From a virus (Duplodnaviria > Caudoviricetes), in IMG/VR virus record IMGVR_UViG_3300049437_000074, positions 1-56,484 of that record: DNA of 56,484 bases; one strand, written 5' to 3'. Positions 10,117 to 18,925 of this stretch are shown piece after piece. The notes under the pieces are model-generated. The model saw only the letters and a list, made by a program, of their open reading frames with translations, did no database searches and was not told where the DNA came from. The position numbers and the translations under genes are program-made. The stretch's first letter is position 1. Each line of letters begins with the position of its first letter.

Positions 10117-10393
10117 TTGTCTCTCCCATCATTTCCCGAACTGCTAACCCCATCAACCCTAAGTCCGCTTTCCAGCTATCCACCCACCGCTGCCACCGCC
10201 GCTTTGCTACCCTCCCGGCGGCGCTCCACCATTCCCGACAACCGCGCAGCCATCGCCCCAGCTTGCCCACATTCAGCCAGATCAGCCAGGCCAGTGCAAA
10301 GACCGGCCAAAACAGTAGGCCGATGTCTAGCCGGATCGTGACGGAAACGATAACGGGCGCGAGTTGGGCACGGTGGGAAAGGGTGGTGGTCAT
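10094..10393 (-). CDS. Single-TM hypothetical protein
   Basis: Hydrophobic segment followed by Trp/Arg-rich amphipathic tail; overlaps both neighbours. Confidence 0.5.
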   Translation of the reverse strand: MTTTLSHRAQLAPVIVSVTIRLDIGLLFWPVFALAWLIWLNVGKLGRWLRGCREWWSAAGRVAKRRWQRWVDSWKADLGLMGLAVREMMGETNGHLWPV

Positions 10394-10722
10394 CTCTTCA
10401 CTTCCTCAATCTCTACATCAAACCGGCCTGCCTTCCAATCCGCTGCCAATAGCCCGGCCTGCCCCGATTGCAACATCTTACGGTTTGCCTGGATGCGCTG
10501 GCGGGCGACCTGACAACTAATCTCAAACCCGGCTATTTTTTGCTGGCGCTCTATGGCGTCGATTTTGATATAGTTGATGACCTGGGCCACGTCCAGCGCC
10601 AGTACTTTGAGTGTTAGCCGGATCAAGTTGAGGATTGCCAGGGTGATAAACAGCGCGACGGCGACAAAGGACAGCCAGAACACCGGCCAAACGAATTGTG
10701 AGAGGTAGAGGACGGTTATCAT
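10390..10722 (-). CDS. Single-TM coiled-coil protein
   Basis: Start at ATG 10722 (ATGA overlap with upstream HTH gene, GGGGAG RBS); hydrophobic N-terminus. Confidence 0.55.
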   Translation of the reverse strand: MITVLYLSQFVWPVFWLSFVAVALFITLAILNLIRLTLKVLALDVAQVINYIKIDAIERQQKIAGFEISCQVARQRIQANRKMLQSGQAGLLAADWKAGRFDVEIEEVKR

Positions 10723-10922
10723 TGCTCCCCTTTTGCCCCCGGCACCCTGCGGGGATGCGCGGCGGCGTACTGCTCGACGCTGGCCCGCTCGATCTGCCAA
10801 TCACGGCCAAATTTCACGGCCTTGAGTGTACCAGCACGGGCTAATTGCCGGATGCGGCTAGTCGTGACACCTAAAATCAATCTGGCGTCCTCTGTTGTGT
10901 AGAATTGATTATCCTTCCGCAT
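10719..10922 (-). CDS. Excisionase-like (MerR-type HTH) DNA-binding protein
   Basis: YTTEDARLILGVTTSRIRQLARAGTLKAVKFGRDWQI. Confidence 0.85.
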   Translation of the reverse strand: MRKDNQFYTTEDARLILGVTTSRIRQLARAGTLKAVKFGRDWQIERASVEQYAAAHPRRVPGAKGEQ

Positions 10923-10928
10923 ACGGAA

Positions 10929-10957
10929 ATAGTATCACATCACATTAATATTGTCAA
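10929..10957 (-). promoter_or_regulatory. sigma70-type promoter, probably leaderless, for the HTH/membrane protein operon
   Basis: TTGACA-17-TACTAT ending 6 nt before the ATG at 10922. Confidence 0.65.
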
Positions 10958-10974
10958 GCCTGAATTTCGGCAAC

Positions 10975-11001
10975 AAAAAAGCCCCCGTCAATTGGGGGCT
11001 T
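10975..11001 (-). terminator. Intrinsic terminator
   Basis: AAGCCCCC hairpin with T6 tail on the minus strand; related copy at 12324-12351. Confidence 0.7.
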
Positions 11002-11457
11002 GGGGGGCTATTCGGTTTTAGATGTCAGTTTCTTTGCTGGGCAGCGAGTCCCATTCGGCGGCGATTTCTTCAGGGGTCATGTCATCGGTATCGCCGTTTT
11101 CAATCCATTCACCTAAACTGGTTTCGCCCGCTGGGTCAGGATCGGTCTGGATTAGGTCTAAAACTTTTTCAATCAGTTCTTGCTTGTCCATTTGTGAAAT
11201 CCTTTCAACTAACTTAATTTGATTATATCACGGTTGCGGCCAAAATCCCGCAACAGCCCCCGGTTAAGCCGGGGGCTTGCTTGCTCTGCCGCTGCACCCA
11301 CCGCTCGCAGCGGATACACCGTATCTTGTACTCGCCCAACTCATCGGCCACATTCCACCGCCGGGGTGACAACCGGCAGCCACAGAGGGCGCGGGGGTGT
11401 CCGGTCCAGAGCGTGGCCTCGTCGGCGTAGTGGGCCTGCTTGGTTCGGGCGGGGCCG

Positions 11458-11766
11458 TCACGAATGAGATACTTCATTCTTCCGGCGCTCCAATTCGGCC
11501 AGCACATCGGCGGCCAAATACCGCTTAGCTTTGATATTCCGGCGGCTAGGGATGTCAACGGATCGCCAGCCCAACCGCCGGGCGATAACACCGACGCGGG
11601 GCCGGTTCACCCCCAGGAGGGCCATTACCTGGGGGGTGGTAAGAAACTCGCAATCGAGATTCAAGGGAGTGGGCATTTTGCTATTCCTTTGCCCCGTCGC
11701 CAGCTTCGCGGACTTCCTGATCTTCCGCTTCCGCTTGAGCCAACTCTGCCAAGTCCTGCTCATCAC
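11458..11766 (-). CDS. Putative HTH DNA-binding protein
   Basis: FLTTPQVMALLGVNRPRVGVIARRLGW; the true start may be the internal Met. Confidence 0.5.
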   Translation of the reverse strand: MMSRTWQSWLKRKRKIRKSAKLATGQRNSKMPTPLNLDCEFLTTPQVMALLGVNRPRVGVIARRLGWRSVDIPSRRNIKAKRYLAADVLAELERRKNEVSHS

Positions 11767-12010
11767 AGGTATGGCCCTGCGAGGCTTCGTACTCGACCCC
11801 GCACTTTGAACATTCCCGATAATCAGCCATTATTTTACCTCCTTTACTAATTGATTATCATCTACCCACACCCCGCCTAATTCCTCATTCTCGGCATTGG
11901 TGGGACAAAATGGCGCGCGCCATTCTTCTACTACTTTGGTGAGAGCGATGGGGAGCTTATCGCCCTCAATTTCAAATTTCTGGCCGATTGATAAATCTTT
12001 GAATTTCATC

Positions 12011-12217
12011 TTATTTACCTTTTTCCTGTAACCAGTCACGGGCAATAATTCCGTTTTCGTCAACGATTTGATAATTTGAGAAATCGCTATCATATTGAAA
12101 TTTATTGAATTTCTCGTTTGCTTCTTCTAAGGACATTGGATTTTTTGTCCAGAGGTTTGACCATTCACCTGACATTCTATTGTGCATTTTTATTGTGTAG
12201 GTCATTTCGATCTCCAT
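12011..12217 (-). CDS. Hypothetical protein
   Basis: AT-rich ORF with GGAG RBS downstream of an extended -10 (TGCTATAAT, 12241-12249). Confidence 0.5.
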   Translation of the reverse strand: MEIEMTYTIKMHNRMSGEWSNLWTKNPMSLEEANEKFNKFQYDSDFSNYQIVDENGIIARDWLQEKGK

Positions 12218-12323
12218 TACTTACTCTTGACTATGGCCTTATTATAGCACGTATTGGTATATATGTATATAGGCCAAATGGTTAATAGAATGTCTAGGTA
12301 TCATTTACTCTAACCCTCCCAAC

Positions 12324-12351
12324 AAAAAAGCCCCCGATCTCTCAGGGGCTT
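12324..12351 (-). terminator. Intrinsic terminator
   Basis: AAAAAAGCCCCCGA...CAGGGGCTT; shares CAACAAAAAAGCCCCCG with the copy at 10971. Confidence 0.65.
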
Positions 12352-12634
12352 GGGGGCCGTGCGCTGCCTACGGGCGCTGGGTGGCTAACTATCCCCGCCG
12401 TTACTATCCCGGCGGGCGGCGCAACTGCCGCAAAGGTCGCTGGAGTCGTCGCCATCAGTAGAACCGATAATACTATTGCAATCCATGCAGCGGATTACGC
12501 CGTAAACGATGTCAAATAATTTGCGGGCCATTATTTCCCACCTCTGGCGTTTTCGGCCAGGCCCTTAGCGACTCTGTCAACGACTTCCTTGCTCACCACG
12601 ATCTTTTCAACGGGCAGTTTCTTTTCTTCAGCCA

Positions 12635-13027
12635 TTATGCCACCGCCTGACAAAAAGCGGTTACAAATCCGGCTTCCATCTTGGCTACATCCGGCCCTTG
12701 CCAGGGCGTGTTTTTCACGGCGACGGGCGCGGCTGCAAACATGGCCGGCTTGCAGACTTCGGCCAGGATGACGATACCCAGGTCGGCGGCAATTTCCCGG
12801 CGCTCAGCCAGCGGGCGCTCGTTGAGGCTGAACCACTGGCACAAGTGAATCGCGCCGTCTGGGGTGGTTACTTCGGTTCGGAAACTGTTAGCGGCGACCG
12901 GGGCGCGGCCTCGACAGCAGGGGCAAGAACCACAATGCTGGGGGGGCGACCATTGGCAGCCGATACACAAGCGGGTGGTGGATTGTGAGATATTTGATTT
13001 TGTGATAGGATTTGAAGTGGTACACAT
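12635..13027 (-). CDS. Cys-rich hypothetical protein
   Basis: AAAGGA RBS; CxxC...CxxCxC motif. Confidence 0.5.
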   Translation of the reverse strand: MCTTSNPITKSNISQSTTRLCIGCQWSPPQHCGSCPCCRGRAPVAANSFRTEVTTPDGAIHLCQWFSLNERPLAERREIAADLGIVILAEVCKPAMFAAAPVAVKNTPWQGPDVAKMEAGFVTAFCQAVA

Positions 13028-13106
13028 AGTTTAGGTTTCCTTTAAGCAGGTGAATTTGAGTTGTGTGTGCTGGCCGGGGTCGTGTTAGTGGCACGACCCC
13101 GGCGCT

Positions 13107-13313
13107 TTATTTTAGGTGGTCTAAAAAGTCTGTGAGAAGTTTGTTAATGAGGTCGCTGATATTGTTTCCTTTTTCCTTTCCCCATTCCCGCAGCCGGTCA
13201 TCGGTTGCCTGGGGGAGTGTGAAGTTTCGATGGCGGTAACGCTCCTCACCTTTGGAGGCTTTAGAGGGGCGTCCTTCCTTTGGGGAGCGAAGGACGCCGG
13301 GTGGTTTGGTCAT
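13107..13313 (-). CDS. Ribbon-helix-helix regulator
   Basis: GRP...HRNFTLPQATDDRLREWG...ISDLINKLL; AGGAG RBS. Confidence 0.7.
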   Translation of the reverse strand: MTKPPGVLRSPKEGRPSKASKGEERYRHRNFTLPQATDDRLREWGKEKGNNISDLINKLLTDFLDHLK

Positions 13314-13319
13314 TGGCTA

Positions 13320-13343
13320 CTCCTGTGGCCGGCGCGGGCCGGG
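13320..13343 (-). repeat. Intergenic spacer repeat A (hairpin + AGGAG RBS), copy 1
   Basis: CTCCTGTGGCCGGCGCGGGCCGGG, identical to 17391-17414 and similar to 17655-17680. Confidence 0.9.
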
Positions 13344-13346
13344 TGG

Positions 13347-13577
13347 TTAGGCTTGCAATTCTGTTTCAAAAATCCCCTGATGGGCCATGCTCTTGGCTAG
13401 TGAATAGCCATTCATAAAGGCTATAAACAATTCATTGATACTGCCATTTTGGTAGTACACTTGTTTGACCCAAAGTGCCTTGTCCGTTTCTCTCTCAAGT
13501 CTGCGCCCGTAACCGTGAATATGTTTAGACTTCTCAAAGGCGTTCATCAGGTCGTAAAACTCTTTTGTTTCCAGCAT
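13347..13577 (-). CDS. Hypothetical protein
   Basis: First gene after promoter 13623-13651; AGGAG RBS. Confidence 0.65.
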   Translation of the reverse strand: MLETKEFYDLMNAFEKSKHIHGYGRRLERETDKALWVKQVYYQNGSINELFIAFMNGYSLAKSMAHQGIFETELQA

Positions 13578-13585
13578 TTTCGTTA

Positions 13586-13651
13586 GCTCCTGTGAGTGAA
13601 TTTGTTATTTAATCTTAGTTTCAGTATACATCAAAACTAAGATAATAGCAA
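13586..13651 (-). promoter_or_regulatory. Promoter with inverted-repeat operator and repeated 5' UTR
   Basis: TTGCTA-17-TATACT (13651-13623); ATCTTAGTTT / AAACTAAGAT inverted repeat; UTR GCTCCTGTGAGTGAATTT identical to 18029-18046. Confidence 0.65.
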
Positions 13652-13693
13652 GGTACTAATGGGCAGATGTTGGGAGTACTTTTCGCTATGGTT

Positions 13694-14179
13694 TTACGCG
13701 GGGGCGGCGGCCTCGGATTCGGCTTGCTTAAACGTCAACACCCAAACCACTGGGCCAGTTTCAAATGGCGCTTTGGGGTGGATTTGATTCCAGAGATTTT
13801 CATACGCCTCTATGGGGCTGATGTATCCACCCTCATCGTCAAGGTTGGCGTGGTATAATCTAACTGGATTAGAGAGCGGGTGGCCTAAATTTGATGTAAA
13901 CGAGTATAGCCCCTCCGCTATCGCATCAGCCTTACTGATCTCGTTGACTGGCTCCCGCCGGATGCCCGTTAGCCGGATGCGGCCCACGCCGGCCTTGCTC
14001 CGGCCTGGCTGTACGGCTCTCGTTTGCCCAACTTTATACAACAGGCGGCCTTTACGGTATACGGCCCAAATTGAGGTAAGGTCAAAATCAAAGATGACGG
14101 TGTCGCCCTCTTGCGCCAGCCGCCGGGTTTGGGATTTTTGCCCGCTGACTACCTGCTGCCAAGTGTGCTGGAAGATCAT
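13694..14179 (-). CDS. ASCH/PUA-like domain protein
   Basis: GQKSQTRR...IRREPVNEISKADAIAEG...W..I...VWVLTF. Confidence 0.8.
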   Translation of the reverse strand: MIFQHTWQQVVSGQKSQTRRLAQEGDTVIFDFDLTSIWAVYRKGRLLYKVGQTRAVQPGRSKAGVGRIRLTGIRREPVNEISKADAIAEGLYSFTSNLGHPLSNPVRLYHANLDDEGGYISPIEAYENLWNQIHPKAPFETGPVVWVLTFKQAESEAAAPA

Positions 14180-14403
14180 AGCGAATCCCCTACACTGGCA
14201 ACGATCCTGTATCTACACGCCAGTTCGGGCAATTCCTCAATTAAGCCCAACCGCACCAATTCCTCAACCGCGTTGTCACCCGTTGGGACACCACAGCCGG
14301 ATATGGAAACGTTGGTAAGTTCTTCAATCTGCCATATCGCCAGATAGTCTATTTGTTTGAGCATATCAATGATTTTTTGTTGCAACTCGGTTAGCTCGAT
14401 CAC
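14176..14403 (-). CDS. Small winged-helix-like hypothetical protein
   Basis: ELTELQQKIIDML...VEELVRLGLIEE; overlaps both neighbours. Confidence 0.5.
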   Translation of the reverse strand: MIELTELQQKIIDMLKQIDYLAIWQIEELTNVSISGCGVPTGDNAVEELVRLGLIEELPELACRYRIVASVGDSL

Positions 14404-14714
14404 GCTTCACCCCCTGCCGCATCTACGCGGGCCAGGGCGGCGCGGGCAATCGCCTGCATTTGGTCAGCGCTTAGCCATTCGTCTACGTTGTCAGGTTCTT
14501 TGGCTATCCGGCGCAGTGCGGCTACGAGGTCGGGGGCGGCTTCCATCAGCCGCCCGTCTGCACTGTTTGGGCCGCTATTTGTGATTGGTCCTTCCCCGTT
14601 ATTGCCGACAAGGAAATAGTTACCGGCATTGCCGATGAATTTCCAGCGCCAGGGGCCAGGGGTGATTTCCTGTAATTCTCTGGCTCGTTGTTCTGCGTAA
14701 GTTTCTGTAGTCAT
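14400..14714 (-). CDS. Phage hypothetical protein (TPGPW...AAPDL family)
   Basis: TPGPW and LMEAAPDLVAAL motifs are common in phage early genes. Confidence 0.65.
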   Translation of the reverse strand: MTTETYAEQRARELQEITPGPWRWKFIGNAGNYFLVGNNGEGPITNSGPNSADGRLMEAAPDLVAALRRIAKEPDNVDEWLSADQMQAIARAALARVDAAGGEA

Positions 14715-14788
14715 CGTTTCAATCCTCTCATCACATACACCGGCCCGCGCCCGCTCAGCAGCAAGGCAACGGGCCGGCGGGGTTGGGT

Positions 14789-15679
14789 TTAGGCTGGCGG
14801 TAACACTTGAGTATCAGCTTTAACCGCTATGTAAATCTCCTGTAACCGTCGCTTCAGCTCACCATTGCCTTTGGGCAGAGAGGTAAAACCAAGCTCTTTA
14901 ATCCTGCCTTTGGCCTCATCTTCTTTCAGGTGAAAATCAATGTTGAGTTGAAATAGAAGATCATCCAAACTGGCAAACATCTTGACCGGCTCACCGTCGC
15001 TTAACCAGTTGGCAATAGCCCGGCCCATTTGACCATCGGGCTTTTTGGTGATAAACCCATCAAGCTCAAAGCAGCGGGTTTTGGTGATAACCAGATTGTG
15101 ATCGGTGTCCATCTGGCCGATGATGTCAAATTCATATTCAAAGCTGTCGCGTTGGATGATACCCATTCCCAACTTCTGGGGTACTTGCTTGCCCCGGTCA
15201 TCAGTCACCAAAGCGTATTCGATTTTCATTCTCATTGTAGCAATCAGGTGAGTGGGGTAGTTCAAAATGGTATCAACCAGCCGGTTTTGAAACGGGGTGA
15301 CTACTCCCCACCCGGCGAATTTGTTACCGCTGAATTTTGCTTTTTCCTGCTCTGCCTGCTCTAATGCTCCACCCTTACCGGCCCAGGCGTGGCTCAAACT
15401 GTCTACAATTACCACGTCATATTTTTGCAGGGCGGCGATGTGGTCCAGGGCTTCGATATAGGTTTGAATGGAGTAATCAGGCAGGGCCATAATATCATAC
15501 GGGCCATGCTGCCTAACGTACTTGGCGCTGGTTTTATTCTCAGTATCAATGACGATGATATTTTTACCGAGTTCTTTAGCCGTTACCAGAGCCGTGTAAG
15601 TCTTGCCACAGCCCGCCGGCCCGACCAGTGCCACCTTTGCTTTTGCTTGCGTATTCTCCGCTTTTTCAATGACAAACAT
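14789..15679 (-). CDS. AAA_24-family P-loop ATPase (Sak4-like recombination protein)
   Basis: GPAGCGKT, IDTE, VDSLSHAW, QRDSFEYEFD. Confidence 0.85.
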   Translation of the reverse strand: MFVIEKAENTQAKAKVALVGPAGCGKTYTALVTAKELGKNIIVIDTENKTSAKYVRQHGPYDIMALPDYSIQTYIEALDHIAALQKYDVVIVDSLSHAWAGKGGALEQAEQEKAKFSGNKFAGWGVVTPFQNRLVDTILNYPTHLIATMRMKIEYALVTDDRGKQVPQKLGMGIIQRDSFEYEFDIIGQMDTDHNLVITKTRCFELDGFITKKPDGQMGRAIANWLSDGEPVKMFASLDDLLFQLNIDFHLKEDEAKGRIKELGFTSLPKGNGELKRRLQEIYIAVKADTQVLPPA

Positions 15680-16212
15680 TTTTCAAATTCCTTTCAACTA
15701 ACTACTAATAATTTACAATAATTACTTCAACCGCCCCAACCGCCGGGCATCTGCCCAGACGGCCACGCACCAGTCCAACGGGGCTAGAATGATGTTGACG
15801 ATCTTTACCATAATCTCACCTGACACCCGCGCTTGCCCAATTCGGCGGCCAGCCTGCCAATGTCCTGAGTGTAGGTTTCCATCAAGGAAAACTCAGTACC
15901 GCATAAATTGACAGCGGCGGCCAGGTGGGTATCCATTCCAAAGTCGTCCGCAAAATCATTTTGCGCGTCTCTGGCGTCTGTATCCACCTCCGCCATTTGC
16001 CGCAGTCGCATATTCAGCGCGGCTAAAATGTGGCGGGTTTCCATTCTGGCTATGTCGAGCACTTGACCTTTTTTGGTTGTCCAGGTATTCATATTCTTCA
16101 CCATCCATAAGCCAGTTGACCGGCTGCCATATTTGCCTCGACTAAGGCCGCGTAAAACCACCGACCTTCAACGCCTACGCGGGCGGGTTTGCCAGTGAGC
16201 CAGCGAATGAGT

Positions 16213-16569
16213 CTACTCATCTTGGTAGCTCACTTCGTTGGTTTTCCGGTCAACGCTGGCTACAAACTCGCCGGTGTTGACAGTGTACCAGCTATCGCTT
16301 ACCGGCGGCTTAACCTCGCTATTCACCCGCTCGACTAGCGTCAACGTCGCCATACTCAGGGCAGCTTGCATCTTGGCGTAGCTACTGCGCTTGCTCTGCT
16401 TGGGGGTGTGCTTCGTGGTGCGCTTGGCGGACTTGGTGCGCTTCACGGGGGCGGGGTCATAGTTGGTAATCAGCCTGCGCCAATGGGCCAGAGATGCGCC
16501 AACAGGGATCAGGTTTTCCAGGGATTGACCGTTCTTGACGGCTTCATAAATCTGTGCTATGCTTTTCAT
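16213..16569 (-). CDS. Hypothetical protein
   Basis: GAAAGGA RBS before ATG 16569 (MKSIAQ). Confidence 0.55.
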   Translation of the reverse strand: MKSIAQIYEAVKNGQSLENLIPVGASLAHWRRLITNYDPAPVKRTKSAKRTTKHTPKQSKRSSYAKMQAALSMATLTLVERVNSEVKPPVSDSWYTVNTGEFVASVDRKTNEVSYQDE

Positions 16570-16640
16570 AAGAATTGTTCCTTTCAGGGGTTCTTTGTTT
16601 GGCCCGGCGAGATGCGTCAACATCTCGCCGGGTTTTTTTG
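16535..16640 (+). ncRNA. Predicted ~70-nt antisense RNA unit (promoter to terminator) covering the RBS of the 16213-16569 gene
   Basis: TTGACG-17-TATGCT at 16535-16563; perfect CCCGGCGAGATG/CATCTCGCCGGG hairpin plus T7 on the strand opposite the surrounding genes. Confidence 0.55.
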
Positions 16641-16651
16641 TTTGGCCGGGG

Positions 16652-16882
16652 TTAGCGGCTATTTTTCTCTGCCGCTATCTCTGCTCTTTCTTCCTCTATA
16701 TCGGCTCGCCTAAGACCATCAACCATGGCGGCGGCGATAACGGCCAGCAACTTGGCCTGGGCGATAGCGGCAAAAACGAGCGCGTTGTCCTCTTGTCGGC
16801 CATTGCCGATTTGTTGTTCGCTGCTGGTAATGTCAGCCAGAGCGAAGTTTACTAATTTCATCATATCGCTAACTTTCATCAT
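16652..16882 (-). CDS. Hypothetical protein
   Basis: GGAGG RBS within spacer repeat B. Confidence 0.6.
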   Translation of the reverse strand: MMKVSDMMKLVNFALADITSSEQQIGNGRQEDNALVFAAIAQAKLLAVIAAAMVDGLRRADIEEERAEIAAEKNSR

Positions 16883-16922
16883 TCCTCCGTATCTCCGTAT
16901 CCCCCGGCGCTCTGCCGGGCGG
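16881..16922 (-). repeat. Intergenic spacer repeat B (hairpin + GGAGG RBS), copy 1
   Basis: ATTCCTCCGTATCT...TATCCCCCGGCGCTCTGyCGGGCGG; second copy at 17174-17217. Confidence 0.85.
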
Positions 16923-16939
16923 TTTGCGTTTGCGGTGGG

Positions 16940-17167
16940 TTAGCTGGCCTGTTCCGGCTGCACTACCAAAATCATATCGTAGTGATCCGCTTCCTCTTGA
17001 GTTATCGGAGCCGGATAATCAACCGTGCCATACCGAAATCTGGGGTTATCCCGTTGGCTATCGCAGATGTAGCCTTCGGGGATACTAAAGCGGGCCGGCG
17101 GGCGAATGGTGCAGCCGTAGGTGAATCGCGGGCCGGTGTATTCGTCATCAAAAATGTGTATACTCAT
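16940..17167 (-). CDS. Hypothetical protein
   Basis: 75 aa, bounded by the two copies of repeat B; RPP...PEGY...RYGTVDYPAP motif. Confidence 0.65.
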   Translation of the reverse strand: MSIHIFDDEYTGPRFTYGCTIRPPARFSIPEGYICDSQRDNPRFRYGTVDYPAPITQEEADHYDMILVVQPEQAS

Positions 17168-17173
17168 CGCTCA

Positions 17174-17217
17174 ATTCCTCCGTATCTTACATATCCCCCG
17201 GCGCTCTGTCGGGCGGG
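17174..17217 (-). repeat. Intergenic spacer repeat B, copy 2
   Basis: Near-identical to 16881-16922. Confidence 0.85.
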
Positions 17218-17231
17218 TGTTGCGGGGCCGG

Positions 17232-17381
17232 TTATTTCACTTTTAACGATTTCCCTGATGGGAAAAGCCTATATTTGGTGTGACCAACCCTGACAATCAC
17301 GGGTTGGTCACATTCACGGCAATAATCAAAGGCAGCAGCAAAGTTGTCGAACTTCCTGATTTCTGGTTTGGGTTTGCTCAT
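17232..17381 (-). CDS. 49-aa hypothetical protein (not in ORF track)
   Basis: MSKPKPEIRKFDNFAAAFDYCRECDQPVIVRVGHTKYRLFPSGKSLKVK; RBS supplied by repeat A. Confidence 0.6.
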   Translation of the reverse strand: MSKPKPEIRKFDNFAAAFDYCRECDQPVIVRVGHTKYRLFPSGKSLKVK

Positions 17382-17390
17382 CTTTAGTTG

Positions 17391-17414
17391 CTCCTGTGGC
17401 CGGCGCGGGCCGGG
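17391..17414 (-). repeat. Intergenic spacer repeat A, copy 2
   Basis: 24/24 identical to 13320-13343. Confidence 0.9.
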
Positions 17415-17423
17415 GTTAGTTGA

Positions 17424-17645
17424 TTAAAGCTTTGCTTGTAGTGCGCTGTTGCGCAGATCAATATACTCATCGCCGGCGTTGCCGATACCGTATCCAAAAA
17501 CGATACCGGCCAACTTGCTCAGGCCCAAAACGGTCAAGGCGGCCTCTAACTCGGCTAACTGGTCAGCGTTCTTGAACTCGCAAGCGGTGGTTAATTGGTC
17601 TACTGCTTCGAGGGCGTCTCGGTTATCACGTTCTTGCTTGGTCAT
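17424..17645 (-). CDS. Hypothetical protein
   Basis: Start MTKQERD after the AGGAG of repeat A copy 3. Confidence 0.6.
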   Translation of the reverse strand: MTKQERDNRDALEAVDQLTTACEFKNADQLAELEAALTVLGLSKLAGIVFGYGIGNAGDEYIDLRNSALQAKL

Positions 17646-17654
17646 TATCGGTTG

Positions 17655-17680
17655 CTCCTGTAATCCGGCGCGGGGCCGGG
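17655..17680 (-). repeat. Intergenic spacer repeat A, copy 3 (variant)
   Basis: CTCCTGTAATCCGGCGCGGGGCCGGG. Confidence 0.75.
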
Positions 17681-18019
17681 CTATACTTTCCTGATTGTAA
17701 ACTCTCCAACTTGACCACCCCAGGCGGCTGCCGTTTTTTCGGCCTGGGCTTTGAGTTCGGTCATCTTCTGGCTGGCTTCGGTTTCGCTTGTCGCCATTCC
17801 GACAACCCCGCCATTTTCCAACACGTACCATTTTTCCAGCAGTCCCATCGCCTGGGCGATTTCCTGAAAGCTACCCTGATAGTGGTACATCTTGTCGGTG
17901 TCGTCAAAAGTGACGGTCAGGCCGGTCTTGACGGTTGCCCCGCCGGTGTCGGCTGACCGGGCGACGGTAGCGGTGGGGTGCTTTGCGGTTAGTAGGGCAG
18001 TGAATTGGGAGAGTGTCAT
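17681..18019 (-). CDS. Hypothetical protein, first gene of the major leftward operon
   Basis: Start MTLSQF after ACAGGAG RBS. Confidence 0.6.
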   Translation of the reverse strand: MTLSQFTALLTAKHPTATVARSADTGGATVKTGLTVTFDDTDKMYHYQGSFQEIAQAMGLLEKWYVLENGGVVGMATSETEASQKMTELKAQAEKTAAAWGGQVGEFTIRKV

Positions 18020-18059
18020 TGGTCGGTTGCTCCTGTGAGTGAATTTCAATCTTGATAGT

Positions 18060-18088
18060 ATTATAGCATATTAGGTACACGCTGTCAA
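18060..18088 (-). promoter_or_regulatory. Consensus sigma70 promoter (major leftward early promoter)
   Basis: TTGACA-17-TATAAT with extended TG; contains a TACACG operator-like half site. Confidence 0.85.
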
Positions 18089-18115
18089 GTATTTTCCCAA
18101 CGTGTATCATATATT

Positions 18116-18527
18116 TTAAGGTTGGTGGAAGGTGCAATAGTCTCCATTATAGACAACGAAATTGGCACACCTTCCGGCCCGATGCCTTGAATAGCCCTTA
18201 CATCTTTTTCGGTATTGACCAGATAGCATTACAAAATCTTCTTCCTCAAAACGGGGCGACGCAGGTGGCTCAAACTCCACAGCATTTTCTTTCATATATG
18301 CCAGCACTTCAATTGAAGGCTCAAACCATTCTCCGTATTGCCGCCACTTCGATAAATCAAAATGCGCCTTAACCTCTACCGGCTGGGGCGCATCTTTTAT
18401 AATCGCTATAATTTTTAGGGGGGGCAGGGCAGGACATTTGAAGATTGTAAAGCCTACCGGATGGGTTAATAGAAAATCCGATCTTTATTAAACCACCTTG
18501 CTCTGCCTGAATAAAGTAAACGCACAT
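18116..18527 (-). pseudogene. GIY-YIG (T5orf172-like) protein frameshifted at a C7 tract
   Basis: MCVYFIQ...IKIGFSINPSGRL..LQ in one frame and LKIIAII...E...H...RQYGEWF in the next. Deleting one G of the run at 18418-18424 restores a single ORF. Confidence 0.75.
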
Positions 18528-18549
18528 ATAAACCTCGCTATCTAAAAAT

Positions 18550-18649
18550 AGGTACACGTAGATTATAGCACACACGTCAAAGCAAGTCAACCACGTGTGC
18601 AAAATTTTAAGCCACGTGTATTGACAAGCTATTAAAACTATGGTATCTT
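18550..18649. promoter_or_regulatory. Divergent promoter pair with ACACGT operator repeats (genetic switch)
   Basis: Leftward TTGACT-17-TATAAT (18590-18562); rightward TTGACA-17-TATCTT (18621-18649); four ACACGT/ACGTGT copies. Confidence 0.75.
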
Positions 18650-18685
18650 AATTGTGAGTTTATTTTACAGAATGGAGATTATGCG

Positions 18686-18925
18686 ATGGCAATGGCAATT
18701 CAGATAAATTTCCGTCGGGCGCTCGCCCAAAAAGAGCAGCGCGAAAATAGAAAAATCACTTATACCGAGATCCAAAAAATCACGGGAACGCCCATCAAAA
18801 CCATATCAAGATGGGATAACGGGAATGTCTCACAGATTCACACCGAGGTACTTGAAAGGTTCTGTGAGTATCTAAATTGTCGAGTAGGGGATTTAGTAGA
18901 GTATATCCCTGAACAAGCAGCCTAA
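18686..18925 (+). CDS. XRE/Cro-like HTH transcriptional regulator
   Basis: ITYTEIQKITGTPIKTISRW...LERFCEYLNCRVGDLVEY. Confidence 0.9.
   Translation: MAMAIQINFRRALAQKEQRENRKITYTEIQKITGTPIKTISRWDNGNVSQIHTEVLERFCEYLNCRVGDLVEYIPEQAA

Noticed and set aside
10719-10922. Excisionase as evidence of integration
   Set aside because: No integrase or att duplication found; this HTH family is often purely regulatory.
13320-18046. CRISPR array or integron attC interpretation of the intergenic repeats
   Set aside because: Repeats are few, of three types, separated by whole genes and contain the RBS; no cas or integron integrase gene is present.
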